Made by a program: the position numbers and the translations under genes. 64,000 nucleotides of DNA from Tissierellia bacterium. GTDB taxonomy: Bacteria > Bacillota > Clostridia > Tissierellales > Peptoniphilaceae. The stretch is from the NCBI GenBank assembly GCA_030532305.1, contig JAUNLJ010000005.1, positions 8,820 to 72,819 of the forward strand, read 5' to 3'. Under the pieces are notes generated by a model that saw only the letters and a program-made list of their open reading frames with translations, made no database searches and was not told the origin of the DNA. Shown here in pieces: positions 60,420 to 64,000 of the stretch (positions are counted from its first letter, which is position 1; the number at the start of each line of letters is the position of its first letter).

Positions 60420-61739
60420 TTATAGGTAGTTCATGGGGTTGGTATGGCTGCCGTTAACCCGAACTTCAAAGTGTAGGTGGGGTCCGGTACTCATCCCAGT
60501 TGAGCCCACATAGGCAATGGTTTGACCCGCCTCTACCCTTTGACCTACTGCCACTGCCCTAGAAGAACAGTGGGCGTAGACGGTAGTGGTCTTGCCGTGG
60601 CTTACCATAACACAGTTCCCATAGCCATTCATAAAACGAGAGGCAATCACCGTGCCAGCCTCTGCTGCCACAATAGGGGTTCCTGTAGGGGCTGGAAGGT
60701 CGATGCCTGTATGCATCTTGGTGACCCCAGTCACAGGGTGGACCCGCATGCCGTAGGGGCTGGAAATCCGGCGGTGGCCCGGCACAGGCCAGTAAAGGGA
60801 ACCAGATTTTTCTGCCCGGATGGGTTCGTGGTCTGCAGAAGCTAGGTTAGAAGAGCCTGATGACACCCCTGCTGACCCCCCTGTTGATCCACTGCTAGAA
60901 ACGGCATTTTCTTGGACCTTTTGGGCTGCTGCTCTTTCTGCCTCTGCCCTGGCTGCAGCTTGGGCGGCCTCCCTTTCCTTTTGGGCGGCCAGGGCCATAT
61001 CTGCATCATACTGGGCAATTTCTTGGTCTAGGGCCTTGGAGGTGGCCTCCATGGCTGAATATTGGGCCTCATAAAGGGCAATGTCAGACTCTAAGCTGGC
61101 CATGTAATTTCTCTTGGCCGCATTGGCCGCCTCAAGGTTGGCCATCTTGGCTTGGACTTGGCCCCTCTTGTTTTCTAGCTGGGACTCCTTCTCTTCTAGT
61201 TCTGCCTTTTTAGCCTCAATCCCCTGGATCAGGGCCTTAATTTCGTCAATAAGGCCTTGGTCTTGGTTGATAACAGAGCTCACCAGCTTGGCATTGCCAA
61301 TAAAAGATTCTATATCCTGTGAACTAAGTAAAACTTCTAAATAACCTGTGTCAGAGGCCATATACATGACCCGAAGGCGCTTGCCATAAAGCTCTTTGTT
61401 TTCTTCAAGCCTGGCCTCTTCTGCCTCTAGCTCCTGCCTAACCTGGTCAATCTCTTCTTGCAAACGGTAGATCTCTTCATTAACTTGAGACAGCTCCACA
61501 CTGGCCTGGTTAATGCTTTTGTCCAAGGCTTGAATTTCCTTTTGGACAGCAGGTAGTTGGGCTTGGGCCTGGTCTATTTTTGAGGCCACCCCACTCATAT
61601 TTGATTGAACCTGGGCCTTCTCTTCTTGGGCTTGAGCCTTTTTATCTTCCAAATTTTCCGCAAGAACTGGCTGACTTGATACCATCAGTAGGGCCAAGGC
61701 TAAAGCCATCTTTCTCTCTGCTTTATTTCCAAACTCCAT
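60420..61739 (-). CDS. M23 family metallopeptidase with N-terminal coiled coil (EnvC/PcsB-like partner of FtsEX)
   Basis: Signal peptide, long Gln/Ala/Glu coiled coil, and a C-terminal LytM domain HTGIDL...GSTGMSTGPHLHFEV. Confidence 0.85.
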   Translation of the reverse strand: MEFGNKAERKMALALALLMVSSQPVLAENLEDKKAQAQEEKAQVQSNMSGVASKIDQAQAQLPAVQKEIQALDKSINQASVELSQVNEEIYRLQEEIDQVRQELEAEEARLEENKELYGKRLRVMYMASDTGYLEVLLSSQDIESFIGNAKLVSSVINQDQGLIDEIKALIQGIEAKKAELEEKESQLENKRGQVQAKMANLEAANAAKRNYMASLESDIALYEAQYSAMEATSKALDQEIAQYDADMALAAQKEREAAQAAARAEAERAAAQKVQENAVSSSGSTGGSAGVSSGSSNLASADHEPIRAEKSGSLYWPVPGHRRISSPYGMRVHPVTGVTKMHTGIDLPAPTGTPIVAAEAGTVIASRFMNGYGNCVMVSHGKTTTVYAHCSSRAVAVGQRVEAGQTIAYVGSTGMSTGPHLHFEVRVNGSHTNPMNYL

Positions 61740-61760
61740 GTTTCCTCCTCACTGGTCTAA

Positions 61761-62669
61761 CTAAACACTCAGGTAGCGCTTAATTGAAAATGAAGACCCA
61801 ATTAAGCCCACACCTACGCCTATACAGGCAAATATAATTCCCATATCCACTAGGATCCCCTCTGGCTTAACCAGGCTAAAGGATAAGAGCACTTCCATCC
61901 TTTGATTAATGGACCCATAGATTGATGCATAACCAAAATATATAATAGCCAGGGCCAAAAGACTAGCGACTAGGCCAAAGATCAAACCCTCTATCAAAAA
62001 GGGTCTGCGAATATAGCCATTGGTGGCCCCAACATACTTCATAATATGAATTTCACGACTCCGGTTGGCCAGGGTGGCCTTGGTGGTATTGTAAATAAGG
62101 ATAATGGCCACAAAGAATAAGATGGCCACTAAAAGGATCCCCAAATTTTTAATCCAATTGGTGGTTTCCATAATCCGGTAGACCAAGTCGCTTAGGTAGT
62201 CTACCCTTTCTACCCCCTTCATGCCTTGGATCTTTTCAGCCAAAGGACCGGTGACCTCCAGCTGGTCCAGCTCAACAGTCAAGCTGTTGGGCAAGGGGTT
62301 GTCTTCTGTGTAGCCTTCCAAGAGATAGTCATTGTCTTGGAGGGCCAGTTCATCCTTCCACTTTTCCAGGGCCTCTTCCTTGGAGGTAAACTCCACATTT
62401 TTAACATGGCCTGTGGCCTCCAACTCAGAAATAATGGCCTGGACCTCTTGGTCACTGGCATCATCATAAAGATAAACCACAATGCTGTTGACCTTCTCCC
62501 CGGTCACCTGGGCCATGCCCGTCATATTTAGGATCAGGAGGAGAATCACACCAAAAATGGCCAAGACTGCCGTAATAGATATAATAGATAGGCCCGCCAG
62601 GCCCTTGTTTCGACTAATTCCCTGAAAGGCTTCTTTGATATTATTCAGAATCTGCCTTATGAACCTCAT
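61761..62669 (-). CDS. ftsX: cell division permease-like protein FtsX; start corrected to MRFIRQIL
   Basis: Four TM segments with a large extracellular loop. AAGGAGG lies 8 nt before the ATG at 62669. Confidence 0.9.
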   Translation of the reverse strand: MRFIRQILNNIKEAFQGISRNKGLAGLSIISITAVLAIFGVILLLILNMTGMAQVTGEKVNSIVVYLYDDASDQEVQAIISELEATGHVKNVEFTSKEEALEKWKDELALQDNDYLLEGYTEDNPLPNSLTVELDQLEVTGPLAEKIQGMKGVERVDYLSDLVYRIMETTNWIKNLGILLVAILFFVAIILIYNTTKATLANRSREIHIMKYVGATNGYIRRPFLIEGLIFGLVASLLALAIIYFGYASIYGSINQRMEVLLSFSLVKPEGILVDMGIIFACIGVGVGLIGSSFSIKRYLSV

Positions 62670-63342
62670 AATAGGAACCTCCTTGCACATCTGAAATAAT
62701 CCGGCCCTTTTCCAGGGTCACCACCCGTTTTTTCATCCGATTGACAATGTCCCTGGCATGGGAGGCCATCAAAATAGTAGCCCCTTCCTCGTTGACCCGT
62801 TTTAGGGCCTCCATAACCGTCATGGCCGTTTCACTGTCTAAGTTGCCTGTGGGTTCGTCACAAAGGAGGACCGATGGGTTAGACACCATGGCCCGGGCAA
62901 TGGACAGGCGCTGGCCTTCCCCACCAGAAAGTTCTGAAGGGTAGGACTTATCCTTGTCCTGTAGACCCACGAGGTCCAAGACATAGGGCACCCTCTGCCG
63001 GATGACCCGCCGGCTCTCCCCAGTGATCTCCAGGGCATAGGCCACATTTTCCCAGACTGTCTTCTTAGGCAAGAGCCGGTAGTCCTGGAAAACTACAGCC
63101 ACCTTCCGGCGTAACTTAGGGACTTGAAAATCCATTAATTTAGTAATATCCTTATCATCGATGAAGATATTTCCTCGGGTGGTTTTCTCTTCCCGGATAA
63201 GGAGTTTGATCATGGTTGACTTGCCAGCCCCAGAAGGGCCCACAAAAAATACAAAGTCTCCACGGGGAATTTCAATATTAATATCCATTAGGGCCTGGAC
63301 CCCGTTGGGATATTCTTTATAGACATTTTTAAAAGTAATCAC
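62641..63342 (-). CDS. ftsE: cell division ATP-binding protein FtsE
   Basis: GPSGAGKST Walker A, LSGGEGQR signature, LLCDEPTGNLD. GTG start. Confidence 0.95.
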   Translation of the reverse strand: MITFKNVYKEYPNGVQALMDINIEIPRGDFVFFVGPSGAGKSTMIKLLIREEKTTRGNIFIDDKDITKLMDFQVPKLRRKVAVVFQDYRLLPKKTVWENVAYALEITGESRRVIRQRVPYVLDLVGLQDKDKSYPSELSGGEGQRLSIARAMVSNPSVLLCDEPTGNLDSETAMTVMEALKRVNEEGATILMASHARDIVNRMKKRVVTLEKGRIISDVQGGSYYEVHKADSE

Positions 63343-63428
63343 ATGCTCACCCCGTTAACAAGTTATTTCTTACTAGCTCATAATATTATAGTATAAATGA
63401 CAAAATAATGAAATAGGAGGTTGTCTAA

Positions 63429-64000
63429 ATGTTACAAAAAAAAGAGTTGAGGGAAAATGCCATAAATGGCAGAAATAACCTATCTACAGCCCTTTGGAAA
63501 AGGGACTCTAGTCAGATATTAGAAGAAATATTAAATTCTTGTTACTATTCCCAGGCCCAGTCCCTCTTTGTTTTTGTCAGTTTTGGCAAGGAGGTGGACA
63601 CCCACCCCCTTATTAAAGAGAGCCTGGCCCGGGGAAAAAAAGTCTATATCCCCTTTGTCAAGAAGGGGGACCTGAGCTTAAAGATGCTAGAGATCTACAC
63701 CTTTGACGAACTTGAGCCCGGCCATATGGGGATCCTAAGCCTCCCCCAAGACCTGGTGGAAGACCGGATCCGAAACCAGGTGGACCTGGTCCTGGTCCCC
63801 GGCCTCCTTTTTGATGACCAGGGCTACCGGCTGGGCTACGGTGGGGGCTGCTATGACGAATTTTTAGCCAAGAAGACCCACAAGATGGCCCTGGGCCTGG
63901 GCTTTTCCTTCCAAAGGGTGGCCCAGGTCCCCCGGGAAGACCACGACATCCCCCTTTCCGCCCTGGTAACAGAAAAGGGCCTGGAGTTTTTTGGCGACTA
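63429..64000 (+). CDS. 5-formyltetrahydrofolate cyclo-ligase, 3' end beyond the window
   Basis: Hand translation: MLQKKELRENAINGRN...VDLVLVPGLLFDDQGYRLGYGGGCYDEFL...DHDIPL. AGGAGG lies 8 nt before the ATG at 63429. Confidence 0.8.
   Translation, partial: MLQKKELRENAINGRNNLSTALWKRDSSQILEEILNSCYYSQAQSLFVFVSFGKEVDTHPLIKESLARGKKVYIPFVKKGDLSLKMLEIYTFDELEPGHMGILSLPQDLVEDRIRNQVDLVLVPGLLFDDQGYRLGYGGGCYDEFLAKKTHKMALGLGFSFQRVAQVPREDHDIPLSALVTEKGLEFFGD

Overview
The window reads as core chromosome of a Bacillota (Firmicutes) anaerobe, Clostridia/Tissierellia-like by gene content (taxonomy is inference). About 90% is coding, and nearly all genes lie on the minus strand. Recognisable content, by hand reading plus the ORF track: a purF 5' part behind a long attenuator leader; three single tRNAs (Pro-GGG, Gly-GCC, Phe-GAA); an sqdB-sqdX-galU sulfolipid operon; a group-B-like [FeFe] hydrogenase with a thioredoxin-like 2Fe-2S protein; queT, a yutG-like gene and an apbE lipoprotein; ribU behind an FMN riboswitch; a frameshifted L,D-transpeptidase; rplJ-rplL; an aspartate racemase / ATP-grasp ligase pair; a complete nine-gene V-type ATPase operon with Na+-type proteolipid residues; hslO, a sirtuin, hpt; valS behind a T-box; trpS; mtaD; rpsD; comEA; the rplU-prp-rpmA / obg-yhbY-nadD-yqeK-LCP-rsfS-ridA block; ogt; feoA-feoA-feoB plus an unlisted 48-codon Cys-rich membrane ORF; uvrA, uvrB; ctpA, an M23 peptidase, ftsX, ftsE; and a 5-formyl-THF cyclo-ligase 5' part. 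I found no CRISPR array, no intact mobile element and no recognisable defence system. The only clearly foreign segment is a ~1.4 kb AT-rich islet (about 52.7-54.1 kb) between the feo promoter and the uvrA terminator. It holds decayed genes and a small hydrophobic ORF. The most unusual observations are a PurF whose glutaminase nucleophile Cys reads Ser, an unclassified purF leader, the sulfoquinovose lipid operon in a non-phototroph, and the AT-rich islet. Several ORF-track starts are over-extended and are corrected using RBS and leader-RNA positions. All motif comparisons come from memory of family sequences; no database search was run.
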